Positions 1 to 8,777 of a DNA stretch of 38,552 nt are shown here, one piece after another. This DNA comes from Deltaproteobacteria bacterium. Lineage in GTDB: Bacteria > CG2-30-53-67. The stretch lies in NCBI GenBank assembly GCA_013151235.1, contig JAADIO010000016.1:62001-100552 (forward strand), read 5' to 3'. The position numbers and the translations under genes are program-made. Position 1 is the first letter of the stretch, and every line of letters begins with the position of its first letter. The notes under the pieces are model-generated. The model was given only the letters and a program-made list of their open reading frames with translations, did no database searches and had not been told where the DNA came from.

Positions 1-152
1 AAAATGGCCGAGCCGCCGTCGATTTCGTAACAGCGGATCCCTTCGAAAACTCCCATGCCGTAATGGAGGGTGTGGGTCAGGACATGGACATTCGCCTCCG
101 ACCAAGAGATGAATTTCCCGTCCATCCAGATTTTTGATGCTTCCTGAATCAT
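1..152 (-). CDS. ilvE: Branched-chain amino acid aminotransferase, 5' part only (runs off the window)
   Basis: Manual translation gives [42 protein letters not shown], the classic IlvE N-terminus. AGGAGA RBS about 10 nt upstream. Alternative ATG at 161. Not in the ORF track. Confidence 0.93.
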   Translation of the reverse strand, partial: MIQEASKIWMDGKFISWSEANVHVLTHTLHYGMGVFEGIRCYEIDGGSAI

Positions 153-246
153 TGCTTTCATTCTCCTGCAGAGAGTTACAAGTAAAATAAGTTATAAGAT
201 TCTTTCGGGCCTGTCAATCATTTTCAGGTTTGTGCAAATGGATTGA

Positions 247-276
247 TTGACAGGTATTTATAACTCATTGTAAAAT
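247..276 (+). promoter_or_regulatory. Sigma70-type promoter for the HEAT-repeat gene
   Basis: TTGACA (247-252), 18 nt, TAAAAT (271-276). Confidence 0.55.
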
Positions 277-309
277 AATAAAAAGTAATAAATTTATTTC
301 GGATTTTTC

Positions 310-1245
310 ATGATTTCGATCGCATTATCATTCCTGGTTTTCCTTGCGGGGTTTCTTACCGGGATTCCGGCGGGGTACTGTGTCCCGCCCGGAGGAGTGA
401 GACTGCATCTTGATGAACACTACACCGGAGAGATTTCTCCTCCCGTAAAGTCCTTCCATTCAACGGTTCCGGTTGTCGAACGTCAGGGAACAGGCTCAGA
501 ACTGGATGGGTTTTCCCCGGAATTGCCCGTCCCATTTCATCCGGGTAGGACTCTTCTCGTCCTGGTCGGGATGACACTGTTCACGACCGTTTTTGTCCTG
601 CGCCGGAAGAGTGCCGAAAAGAAAACTTATACTCAAACGTCATCCGCCATGCATGAGCCGGCGTGCCCGAAAGATCCTTTCCCTGAACGTCCGGACATAC
701 CGGAGAATTACTTAACCCTTTCCATGATTCGCTGTGATGGCGCGAAAAGAGGGAAGGTTAACCGGGACCGCTTGATGGTTCTTCTGGAATCGGTTCGTGA
801 TTCTTACGATTATTCCCGGTTGATCTACCGGATGGGAAGGCTCGGAATGAAGGAGGCCCTGCCCCGGATTCTCGGGGAACTGGCCCATCCCGATGCATGC
901 GTCCGCAGGGCGGCTGCCGCAGCGCTGGTCCATTTGAAAAGTGATGGTGTTGAGGAGCGGATGATCAACATGGCCGGAGGAACCTCTCCCCATGTCCGCA
1001 GAGCGGCCCTGCTCGTCCTTTCCCGCATCGGTTCGGCACGATGTTATGAGGTTGTGCGTCAATCGAACTGGGATTTCGAACCGGAGGTACGAGAGGCTGC
1101 GGCCATTGCCCTGGGGCGGCTGCAGGTTCCCGATGCTGAATTTGATCTGCATCAGATCCTGGGCGATTTTGAAGAGTCGGTCAGAAAGCGGGCGGTCCGG
1201 GCTTCGGAACAGTTCTATGGGAGATTGCAGCAGAAAGGCGGATGA
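310..1245 (+). CDS. Membrane-anchored HEAT-repeat (PBS lyase-like) protein
   Basis: Hydrophobic N-terminus and a second TM (LLVLVGMTLFTTVFVL). C-terminal repeats VRRAAAAAL, VRRAALLVL, VREAAAIALG, VRKRAVRA. Confidence 0.75.
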   Translation: MISIALSFLVFLAGFLTGIPAGYCVPPGGVRLHLDEHYTGEISPPVKSFHSTVPVVERQGTGSELDGFSPELPVPFHPGRTLLVLVGMTLFTTVFVLRRKSAEKKTYTQTSSAMHEPACPKDPFPERPDIPENYLTLSMIRCDGAKRGKVNRDRLMVLLESVRDSYDYSRLIYRMGRLGMKEALPRILGELAHPDACVRRAAAAALVHLKSDGVEERMINMAGGTSPHVRRAALLVLSRIGSARCYEVVRQSNWDFEPEVREAAAIALGRLQVPDAEFDLHQILGDFEESVRKRAVRASEQFYGRLQQKGG

Positions 1246-1256
1246 CGGGAGTTCGG

Positions 1257-1406
1257 TTAGCGGCCGGATCGGTTTCCGGAATTCCGGATCTTCCGGAGTC
1301 CCTTCCGCAGCAGGATGATTACGATCCCGCCCAAGACGACGACCCGGGCAATTGTTCGTATCGCCACCCCGAACACCTCCCGATCAAGAATTTGCTCCAA
1401 CGCCAT
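1257..1406 (-). CDS. Small single-pass membrane protein, 49 aa (not in the ORF track)
   Basis: MALEQILDREVFGVAIRTIARVVVLGGIVIILLRKGLRKIRNSGNRSGR. AAGGAGGG RBS directly upstream. TM segment followed by a basic tail. Confidence 0.55.
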   Translation of the reverse strand: MALEQILDREVFGVAIRTIARVVVLGGIVIILLRKGLRKIRNSGNRSGR

Positions 1407-1438
1407 GTTCCCTCCTTTTGCAGTCTGCCGGAACGGCT

Positions 1439-1780
1439 CTATCGGCGGGCCGGTCCCTCTCGCGGCGTATTGTTCTGAGTACCCTCGTCCCGAACGATTC
1501 CTTCGATCTCAAAGATTTCTCCCCACATGTGAAAACCGACCCGGTCTTTCAAGACCTTTCCCCGGAACCGGACAGGAAGATTGTCTTTCCGGAAGGGAGC
1601 GGGGAGATTGACCGGATCATAGCGCCGGCCATCCTTGCTCACGATCCCGTAGAATCCACCCTCCAGAGAGATATACCGGATCGTCCCCGGGATCATCGTT
1701 TCTTCCCTGGGACAGGCAACCAGGAGAAAGGACAGAAGCCCGAAAAGGATCAGGGTCTTTTTGATGTTGTCGGCAATCAT
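1439..1780 (-). CDS. Hypothetical lipoprotein
   Basis: KKTLILFGLLSFLLVAC lipobox, then GTIRYISLEGGFYGI...YDPVNLP beta-rich domain. ATG at 1780 (track start 1789). Confidence 0.7.
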   Translation of the reverse strand: MIADNIKKTLILFGLLSFLLVACPREETMIPGTIRYISLEGGFYGIVSKDGRRYDPVNLPAPFRKDNLPVRFRGKVLKDRVGFHMWGEIFEIEGIVRDEGTQNNTPREGPARR

Positions 1781-1934
1781 TTCCGGCAATCTCTTTTTCC
1801 TTGATTTTTTCTTCCTGAATCATTCATGATATTTCTTCCATCAATAGCGCGTTCCGGAGTGGAAAGCAAGTTTTTTGCCGGGTCTGTCCCTATACGGAAC
1901 AGATTACGGAGTATCATGACAGGGAAGCGTAAGA

Positions 1935-2702
1935 ATGAATAAACGAAAAAAAGTGGGCAAAAACAATCCCCCTATGTCCCTTGCCGCTCTGAGTCTTGCG
2001 GTACTGCTTCTGCTGTCGATGCCGAGGATCCTTCTGGCGGGAGAGTCCCCGCAGGGGACCTGGGGCGGCAAGATGGAGTTCAGTCTCCTCACGGCCCAGG
2101 GGAATTCGAGTACCCAGACAGGAAGCCTCAAGGCGAAAGCGGCCAGGGAAACGAAAAAAGATAAATGGATCGCACGAACCGGCGGACTACTTTCGAACAG
2201 TGATGGAGCAAAAACAGCGGAATACTATTATCTCAACGGCGAATACAACTACCATCACAGTGAACTGACTTATAGTAGCTATTTTCTCGGTTGGCAAAAG
2301 GACACCCTGGCGGGTCTGAATACCCGGCTGACGGGCCGAGTCGGCCTTGGGCATACATGTTTCAAAAAGGAGCTTGATTCCCTGGTTACCGAGGCGGGAC
2401 TGGCCGTCGTTTATGAAAACAAAAAAAATGAAGCCTCGAACACCTTCCCCGAGGGACGTCTCTTCGGAAAATACGGCCATACCTTCCGGGAAGGGGTAAT
2501 TTTTACGCAGGAGGTAGAGGGGCTGCAGGATTTGACGATGCTCACCAAATACCGGATCAATTCCCTCTCGGCGCTGGAAGTGAGGCTCAACAACCACTGG
2601 GCCGTTAAGGTCTCCTTAACCGTGCAATATGACCATGACCCGGCCGAAGGGTTTCTGAAAACCGATACCTTCACGGAAACCTCTTTTGTCTATCAATTTT
2701 AG
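1935..2702 (+). CDS. DUF481/YdiY-family outer-membrane beta-barrel protein
   Basis: Signal peptide, W-G...QGNSST N-terminal motif, alternating beta strands, C-terminal YQF. Confidence 0.8.
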   Translation: MNKRKKVGKNNPPMSLAALSLAVLLLLSMPRILLAGESPQGTWGGKMEFSLLTAQGNSSTQTGSLKAKAARETKKDKWIARTGGLLSNSDGAKTAEYYYLNGEYNYHHSELTYSSYFLGWQKDTLAGLNTRLTGRVGLGHTCFKKELDSLVTEAGLAVVYENKKNEASNTFPEGRLFGKYGHTFREGVIFTQEVEGLQDLTMLTKYRINSLSALEVRLNNHWAVKVSLTVQYDHDPAEGFLKTDTFTETSFVYQF

Positions 2703-2810
2703 CAAGTTTTGTACACTCCGTGATTCCGTCTTGACAATATCCGGTCGGAGGCTGATACTTTACAAGTTTTTTTTCAATCGGTTTTGCTTCCTTATTCCCG
2801 GAGGTTTCTA

Positions 2811-5498
2811 ATGAGAAAGATTATTGTCAGAGGTAGTTCCCGATGTCTGTTTCCTGTATTGCTCGTTATTCCCGTTCTTCTGATCTCTTCTTTTGCTTTT
2901 GCGGCCTCCTACCGGACCGTTCTGCAGCAGGACAGTCTTACCAAAATCGTTCTCAAAAACGGCCTGACCGTGGTCCTCTCCGAGAATCATGCGGCGCCCG
3001 TCGTTGCCTTCCAGATGTGGGTCAATGTCGGAAGCCGGAACGAGAGCGATGCCCAGGCAGGGATCTCCCATGTCTTTGAGCACATGCTCTTCAAGGGGAC
3101 GGCGAAGCGGGGAGTGGGGGAGATTGCCCGTGAAGTCGAAGCGGCAGGCGGGAATATCAATGCCTACACCTCGAATGACCATACCGTCTACCACCTGGCT
3201 CTGGCGAGCCGGTACTTTGATGTGGGGCTTGATGTCTTGTCCGATGCCGTCCAGCACTCCGCTTTTGATCCGAAGGAACTGGCCAAAGAGGAGGAAGTCA
3301 TCCTTGAGGAGTTCAAACGTTCCGAAGACATGCCGAGCCGTGTGCTTTCCACAAAACTCTTTGAAACGGCTTACCGGGTCCACCCCTACCGGCGTCCGGT
3401 CATCGGTTATGTGAAGACCTTCAAGAAGCTCACCCGGAAGAATATTCTCGACTATTTCCATGAGTGGTATGTCCCCAACAACATGACCCTCGTGGTGGTC
3501 GGGGATTTTTCCACGCCGAAGGTTCTCCCTTCCATTGTTCGGTCCTTTCAGGGGTTTGTCCCCCGCAAGAATCTTTTCCTGAGCGTTCCCCGGGAACCTG
3601 CACAGAGCCGGACCCGGGCCGTTGTCATCCGGAAAGAATCGAAGCAGGTCCTGTTCAATTTCGGTTATCATATTCCCGGTCTTCATGATCCGAAGAATCC
3701 GGCCTACGATCTGCTGGCGGCCATTCTCGGGCAGGGGAAGACCTCAAGGCTCTATCAGGAAGTCAAACGGAAACGGGAACTGGTCCATGCCGTCTCCGCC
3801 TATGCCTATACCCCGAACGATCCGGGGCTCTTTGTCGTGGAAGCCCGTCTGGATGGGAAATATCTGAAGAAGACCCTCGGGGCGGTCCTGGACCAGATCG
3901 AACGAATCAAGCATGAGCCGGTCAGTGCCGAAGAACTCTACCGGGCACGGGTCGGGATCGAAAGCGATTTTATCTATAAGAAGGAGACGATGGAGGGGCA
4001 GGCGGGGAAATTCGGAGCCTTTGAATCCGATTTCGGTGATCCTCTGCACGAAAAAGTATATCTAAGCGAGCTTGCCTCCGTGACACCGGCCGATTTGACG
4101 GCGATCGCCCGGAAAATCTTCCGGCCGGAGAACCTGACCGTCTCCATTCTGATCGATCCGAAGGAGCAACCCGGTCTGGATGCCGGAAAGATCCGGAAAA
4201 TAGTACAGAAGTTGAACCGGGAAGCAGCAAGAGAATATGCGAAGCATAAAGAGACAAAACGGGGGGAGCCGGAGAAGATCGTCCTGTCCAACGGGATTCG
4301 ACTGATCGTGAAGGAGAATCATGCCGTGCCGACGGTTGCCGTCAAAATTGCCTTCCCCGGAGGTGAACGGTACGAGACGGAACCGACCAGCGGACTCTAT
4401 CACTTTATGGCTGCCATGCTGGATCGCGGGACGAAGAAACGGAGCGCGGATGAGATCGCCACCGAGATTGAAGAGATGGCCGGAAGCGTGAGCGGTTTTT
4501 CCGGCCGGAACAGTATTGGCGCGCAACTGTCGGTCTTGAGCCGGCATTTCGGGCAGGGTATGAACCTATTGGCTGATCTTGTACGCCATCCGGCCTTTGC
4601 CCCCGACGAGGTGGAAAAGACCCGAAAGGATATCCTTGCCGCCATTGTCCATGAAGATGACCAGTTGAGCCGCCGGGTGGGAAATCTCTTCCGTAAGACG
4701 TTGTACAAAACTCATCCCTACCGGATGCGGCTGATCGGAAAGATGGCGACGGTGAGCCGTTTTACACCGGCGGAGTTGCGGGAGACCTACCGGCATGTGC
4801 TGAACCCGGCGCAGATGGTGATCGCCGTGGTGGGGGACGTTTCCCGGGAGGAAGCCGAGGCGAAAGTCCGGGAACTTTTCGGGACGATGAAGAAGATCGC
4901 CCCGGTGCAGCCGCACATCCTCCAGGAGGTGCCCCAGGAAAAAATCCGGGAAAGCGTGGAGAGGGTCAACCGTCAGCAGGCACACATGATCCTCGGTTTT
5001 TTAGGGACCACGGTGACTTCCGGGGATCGTTACCCCCTGATGATTTTGAGCAATGTCCTGGCCGGTCAGGGGGGGAGGCTCTTCCGGGACCTTCGGGATA
5101 AAGAGAGCCTGGCCTATGTGGTCACCGCCTTTTCTCAGGAAGGAGTTGACCCCGGTTTCTTTGCCGCCTATATCGCATGCAGTCCGGAGAAGCTGGATGC
5201 CGCCCGTGCGGGAATCCTGAAGGAGCTGGCCCGGGTTCGGGATCAAAGGATCCCGGAGAATGAGATGAAACGGGCCCGGGAGAACCTGATCGGAAGTTTT
5301 GAAATTGGTTTGCAGACCAATGAGTCGATAGCTTCCACCATGGTCTTTGATGAACTCTATGGAAACGGCTTCGATGCCTACAAGGAATTTGCCCGGAAGA
5401 TCGAAAAGGTTACGGCGAAAGACGTGCAGAAGGTTGCGGAAAGATATCTTGACCTGACCCGCTATTCCGTGGCGCTTGTAAAACCGGGGGAGGAATAG
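2811..5498 (+). CDS. M16 family (pitrilysin-like) zinc protease, two-module, secreted
   Basis: Inverted zincin HVFEHMLFKG, NAYTS, HPY motifs. Second module is inactive (HFMAAM). Signal peptide. Track start is 2784. Confidence 0.92.
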   Translation: MRKIIVRGSSRCLFPVLLVIPVLLISSFAFAASYRTVLQQDSLTKIVLKNGLTVVLSENHAAPVVAFQMWVNVGSRNESDAQAGISHVFEHMLFKGTAKRGVGEIAREVEAAGGNINAYTSNDHTVYHLALASRYFDVGLDVLSDAVQHSAFDPKELAKEEEVILEEFKRSEDMPSRVLSTKLFETAYRVHPYRRPVIGYVKTFKKLTRKNILDYFHEWYVPNNMTLVVVGDFSTPKVLPSIVRSFQGFVPRKNLFLSVPREPAQSRTRAVVIRKESKQVLFNFGYHIPGLHDPKNPAYDLLAAILGQGKTSRLYQEVKRKRELVHAVSAYAYTPNDPGLFVVEARLDGKYLKKTLGAVLDQIERIKHEPVSAEELYRARVGIESDFIYKKETMEGQAGKFGAFESDFGDPLHEKVYLSELASVTPADLTAIARKIFRPENLTVSILIDPKEQPGLDAGKIRKIVQKLNREAAREYAKHKETKRGEPEKIVLSNGIRLIVKENHAVPTVAVKIAFPGGERYETEPTSGLYHFMAAMLDRGTKKRSADEIATEIEEMAGSVSGFSGRNSIGAQLSVLSRHFGQGMNLLADLVRHPAFAPDEVEKTRKDILAAIVHEDDQLSRRVGNLFRKTLYKTHPYRMRLIGKMATVSRFTPAELRETYRHVLNPAQMVIAVVGDVSREEAEAKVRELFGTMKKIAPVQPHILQEVPQEKIRESVERVNRQQAHMILGFLGTTVTSGDRYPLMILSNVLAGQGGRLFRDLRDKESLAYVVTAFSQEGVDPGFFAAYIACSPEKLDAARAGILKELARVRDQRIPENEMKRARENLIGSFEIGLQTNESIASTMVFDELYGNGFDAYKEFARKIEKVTAKDVQKVAERYLDLTRYSVALVKPGEE

Positions 5499-5579
5499 GG
5501 TTTGATCCGGAATGTGTGGGGCTATAATAGGCTGAATATCTTTGTAATTTGCTATAATAAAGAATTTTATTCTTTCTTG

Positions 5580-5609
5580 TTGACATAACAGGAGTATTGG
5601 TTCTATAAT
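5580..5609 (+). promoter_or_regulatory. Consensus sigma70 promoter upstream of the riboswitch
   Basis: TTGACA (5580-5585), 18 nt, TATAAT (5604-5609). Confidence 0.8.
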
Positions 5610-5627
5610 GTAAGAAATAACGAGATA

Positions 5628-5705
5628 ATCCACCGATAAAGGCGACCCTGCGGGGGAGCAAAGCCATGGGCTGAAAAATCAGCATTCATGGCTGCCGAAG
5701 TGGAT
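5628..5705 (+). ncRNA. c-di-GMP-I (GEMM-I)-like riboswitch aptamer, shortened variant
   Basis: P1 ATCCAC/GTGGAT; CGATAAAGGC junction; GCAAAGCC; P3 AGCCATG/CATGGCT; 3' TGCCGAA. These match the GEMM-I core, but P2 is reduced to CCCTGCGGGG. Confidence 0.7.
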
Positions 5706-5718
5706 AAGGTGAGACTTC

Positions 5719-5765
5719 AATCGCCTATCCATCTTTCTCTGGTGGATAGGCGATTTTCGTTATAT
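5719..5765 (+). terminator. Intrinsic terminator (riboswitch expression platform)
   Basis: AATCGCCTATCCA (5719-5731) pairs with TGGATAGGCGATT (5743-5755), followed by a T-rich tail. Confidence 0.75.
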
Positions 5766-5996
5766 TCTCGAGCTCCTCCTGACAGGTCGGCAGGAAGTAT
5801 TCTGCCGGCCTGTCACCCTCCTTTGCGGTGAATGATCTTTGCATTCGTCTTTCGGTTTTCCCCCATGTTCTCCTGTGTCAAGCCTGCCTGTGTGTGGTAT
5901 AGACTGAACAGGTGTTTGGACCTGCCTGGAAAACCGGGGGAAGTCCGAGCTTCTTTCCTCTTGACATGGATGTATATATGATGCATATTGATGCAT

Positions 5997-6194
5997 ATGA
6001 GAACAACATTAAACATTGATGACGACATCATTAAAAAAGCATCAAAGCTCACGGGTGTGAAGGAAAAAACATCTCTGGTGAGGTTGGGGCTTGAGGCTTT
6101 AATTGCTCGTGAAAGCGCCAAGAGGCTTGCTGAACTTGGCGGCTCGGAAAAATCCCTTAAGCCTGTTCCAAGAAGAAGAATATCCAGGAATTAA
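5997..6194 (+). CDS. vapB: Type II TA antitoxin, VapB family
   Basis: MRTTLNIDDDII...ALIARESAKRLAELGGSE. TTGACA at 5961 and repeated GATGCATAT upstream. Adjacent PIN gene. Confidence 0.85.
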   Translation: MRTTLNIDDDIIKKASKLTGVKEKTSLVRLGLEALIARESAKRLAELGGSEKSLKPVPRRRISRN

Positions 6195-6196
6195 GT

Positions 6197-6556
6197 ATGG
6201 TTCTGGTAGATACTTCAATTTGGATATCTCATTTCAGGGATAACAATCAGCGCCTCAAAAAGCTTTTGATAGATGAATCGGTAGCATGCCATCCTTTTGT
6301 CATTGGTGAGTTGGCCTGCGGTAACATGAAGAACAGAAAAGAAGTTATCTCCCTCCTCCAATCTCTTCCTCAGGCCCTTGTTGCAGAGCATGATGAAATT
6401 CTTGCATTGATTGAGCACAAGAAACTAATGGGCGCCGGAATAGGCCTTATTGACGTTCATATATTGGCATCCGCACTGTTGACAAATTTGCCTTTATGGA
6501 CAGCCGACAAAAGGTTGAGTGCATCTGCAATGAAATTGAATATTTTATATAGATAA
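6197..6556 (+). CDS. vapC: Type II TA toxin, VapC PIN-domain ribonuclease
   Basis: VLVDTSIW...GEL...IDVHILASA...LWTADKRL PIN motifs. Lower GC than the flanks. Confidence 0.9.
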   Translation: MVLVDTSIWISHFRDNNQRLKKLLIDESVACHPFVIGELACGNMKNRKEVISLLQSLPQALVAEHDEILALIEHKKLMGAGIGLIDVHILASALLTNLPLWTADKRLSASAMKLNILYR

Positions 6557-6577
6557 CCTATTCCCCTTTTTTTTCGC

Positions 6578-6605
6578 TTGACAAAATCGGTCGACTTATT
6601 ATAAT
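6578..6605 (+). promoter_or_regulatory. Sigma70 promoter with overlapping IscR type-1-like operator
   Basis: TTGACA (6578-6583), 16 nt, TATAAT (6600-6605). TTGAC-N7-GTCGA pseudo-palindrome covers the -35 box. Confidence 0.6.
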
Positions 6606-6647
6606 CAAGACGAAGAAGACATTTTTTATCCTGTTTTGGAGGGTTTG

Positions 6648-7067
6648 GTGAAACTGACGCGGGGCGGCGAATATGGAATTCGGGGAATGCTTTATCTGGC
6701 CATGCAGCCGGAGTCCGCAGTTACCCTTTTAAGTGAAATTTCTACGGTCGAAAAGATTCCCGAAAGTTATTTGGCGAAGATTTTTCAAACGCTGACGAAG
6801 GTCGGCCTGGTCCGTTCCCACCGTGGTTTCAAGGGGGGCTATTCATTAGGGCGGTCGTCCGGTGAGATTACCGTCAAGGATATCATTGAAGGGGTAGAAG
6901 GGCCGATTGTTCTGAATCATTGTCTCCAGAAGGTGAGTAACTGTTCCGAGGGATACCGATGCAAGATCCAGAATGTCTGGAAAGATGCACAGGATGCCAT
7001 GATCGGGGTCCTTGACGGAACGACCCTTGCAGATTTGGTGAAAGAGACCGCGGCGGGTCAGCCGTGA
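6648..7067 (+). CDS. Rrf2 family (IscR/NsrR-like) Fe-S transcriptional regulator
   Basis: KLTRGGEYGIRGM, YLAKIFQTL, SHRGFKGGYSL; three Cys (CLQKVSNCSEGYRC). GTG start after GGAGG. Confidence 0.9.
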   Translation: MKLTRGGEYGIRGMLYLAMQPESAVTLLSEISTVEKIPESYLAKIFQTLTKVGLVRSHRGFKGGYSLGRSSGEITVKDIIEGVEGPIVLNHCLQKVSNCSEGYRCKIQNVWKDAQDAMIGVLDGTTLADLVKETAAGQP

Positions 7068-7154
7068 AGGGAGTGTCCCGGCCCATAACCTTTCCGATGG
7101 AGAAGTGATGCCGGCAGTTTCGAGTGAATATTGTGATGAATCAAGGAGGGTGTT

Positions 7155-8330
7155 ATGAGCAGCAGAACAGTTTATCTCGATCATGCGGCGGCAACCCGTC
7201 CCTATCCCGAAGTGATCGAAGCGATGCAGCCTTACTTTCTGGAACATTTCGGGAATCCCATGAGCTTCCATAAATACGGCAGCGCTCCCCGGGCGGCACT
7301 GGAGGAGGCCCGGAGCGCCGTAGCCGGCCTGATCCATGCGAAATCCGAGGAGATCTTCTTCACCGCCTCCGGGACGGAGTCAAATAACTTTGCCGTCAAA
7401 GGGGTAGCCCTGGCCCTGCAGAAGAAGGGAAAGCATATAATTACCTCGGCCATCGAACATTACGGAATTCATCATTCCTGCAAGATGCTGGAGCGGATGG
7501 GGTTCGAGACGACCTATCTGCCGGTCGACGAATTCGGTCGGGTCGATCCGGAAGAGGTCGCAAAGGCACTCCGGGAGGATACGATCCTGGTCTCGATTAT
7601 GCTGGGGAACCACGAGGTCGGCACGCTCCAGCCGATCCGGGAGATCGCCAAGATCACCCGGGCGAGAAAGGTGACCCTCCATACCGATGCCCGGATGGCC
7701 GTTGGGCACATTCCCGTTGATGTGGAAGCATTGGGGGTGGATCTTTTGACCCTCTCCGGGCAGCACTTTTACGGCCCCAAGGGATCGGCCGCCCTTTATA
7801 TTAAGAAGGGGGTTCGCATTCAACCGTTAATCCACGGCGGGATCCAGGAACAGGGGCGCCGTGCGGGAACGGAGAACGTTCCGGCCATCGTTGGATTAGG
7901 CAAGGCGGCGGAGATCGCCTCGGAAAAGGTTGCCGGGGAACAGGCGAGGCTGGCGGCCCTTCGGGACAGGCTGGAGCAGGGTCTGACCGCAAAGATTGAT
8001 GCCGTGAAGGTGAACGGCCATCCTGAATATCGGCTTCCCCACCTGCTGAATATCTGTATCAATTACGTAGAGGGAGAGGGGATGATCATGATGATGGTTG
8101 CAAAGGGGATTATGGCGGCCAGCGGATCGGCCTGTTCCTCCAAGGCGCTCAAGGCCTCCCATGTACTCACGGCGATGGGGGTGGACCATGCCATGGCCCA
8201 GGGGTCGATTCTCTTCAGCCTGGGCCGGGAGACGGCGGAGGAGGAGATCGACTATGTCGTGGCGGAGATGCCGCCCATTGTCGAACGTCTCCGGATGATG
8301 TCGCCCATCTACCAGCAAAAAATGGGATAG
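7155..8330 (+). CDS. IscS/NifS-family cysteine desulfurase homologue lacking the PLP-binding Lys (probable pseudo-desulfurase)
   Basis: Group I fold motifs YLDHAA, FGNP, FTASGTESNN, RAGTENVP, SGSACSS. But SGQHFYGPKG replaces SGHKxYGPKG, and SILFSLG replaces SIRFSLG. Confidence 0.88.
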   Translation: MSSRTVYLDHAAATRPYPEVIEAMQPYFLEHFGNPMSFHKYGSAPRAALEEARSAVAGLIHAKSEEIFFTASGTESNNFAVKGVALALQKKGKHIITSAIEHYGIHHSCKMLERMGFETTYLPVDEFGRVDPEEVAKALREDTILVSIMLGNHEVGTLQPIREIAKITRARKVTLHTDARMAVGHIPVDVEALGVDLLTLSGQHFYGPKGSAALYIKKGVRIQPLIHGGIQEQGRRAGTENVPAIVGLGKAAEIASEKVAGEQARLAALRDRLEQGLTAKIDAVKVNGHPEYRLPHLLNICINYVEGEGMIMMMVAKGIMAASGSACSSKALKASHVLTAMGVDHAMAQGSILFSLGRETAEEEIDYVVAEMPPIVERLRMMSPIYQQKMG

Positions 8331-8381
8331 GGGTAATAATCGATTTTCATGAGGCCGTCCGGGAGAGGGGATGGGAAGAAT

Positions 8382-8777
8382 ATGACCGAAAAGATGGCGA
8401 TGGTGGTGTCGACCAACGAAATCGACAAGTTGATTACCATATTCAACCTGGCTTTGGGAGGGGCCTCCATGGGAATGGAGGTGATTCTCTTCTTCTCCTT
8501 TCACGGCCTGGAGCTTCTGAAAAAGGACAAATCCGGCGACAGCTATCAGAAACCGGATCGATCCCTGGAAAAGATGATGGCCCACCCCAAGTTCCCCTCG
8601 ATTGATCAGATGGTCATCATGTGCAAGGAAATGGGGGTCAAATTTATTGCCTGTTCCCAGTCGATGGAGTTCATGGGGCTCACCCGGGAGGATCTCCTTC
8701 CCGTGGTCGACCGTGTGGCCGGAGTGGCGACCTTTCTGGCCGATGCGGGGGATGCAAAGATTAATCTCATGCTGTGA
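8382..8777 (+). CDS. DsrE/DsrF/DrsH-like sulfur carrier
   Basis: GGASMGMEVILFFSFHGL and GVKFIACSQSMEFMG (conserved Cys), VAGVATFL. Confidence 0.85.
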   Translation: MTEKMAMVVSTNEIDKLITIFNLALGGASMGMEVILFFSFHGLELLKKDKSGDSYQKPDRSLEKMMAHPKFPSIDQMVIMCKEMGVKFIACSQSMEFMGLTREDLLPVVDRVAGVATFLADAGDAKINLML

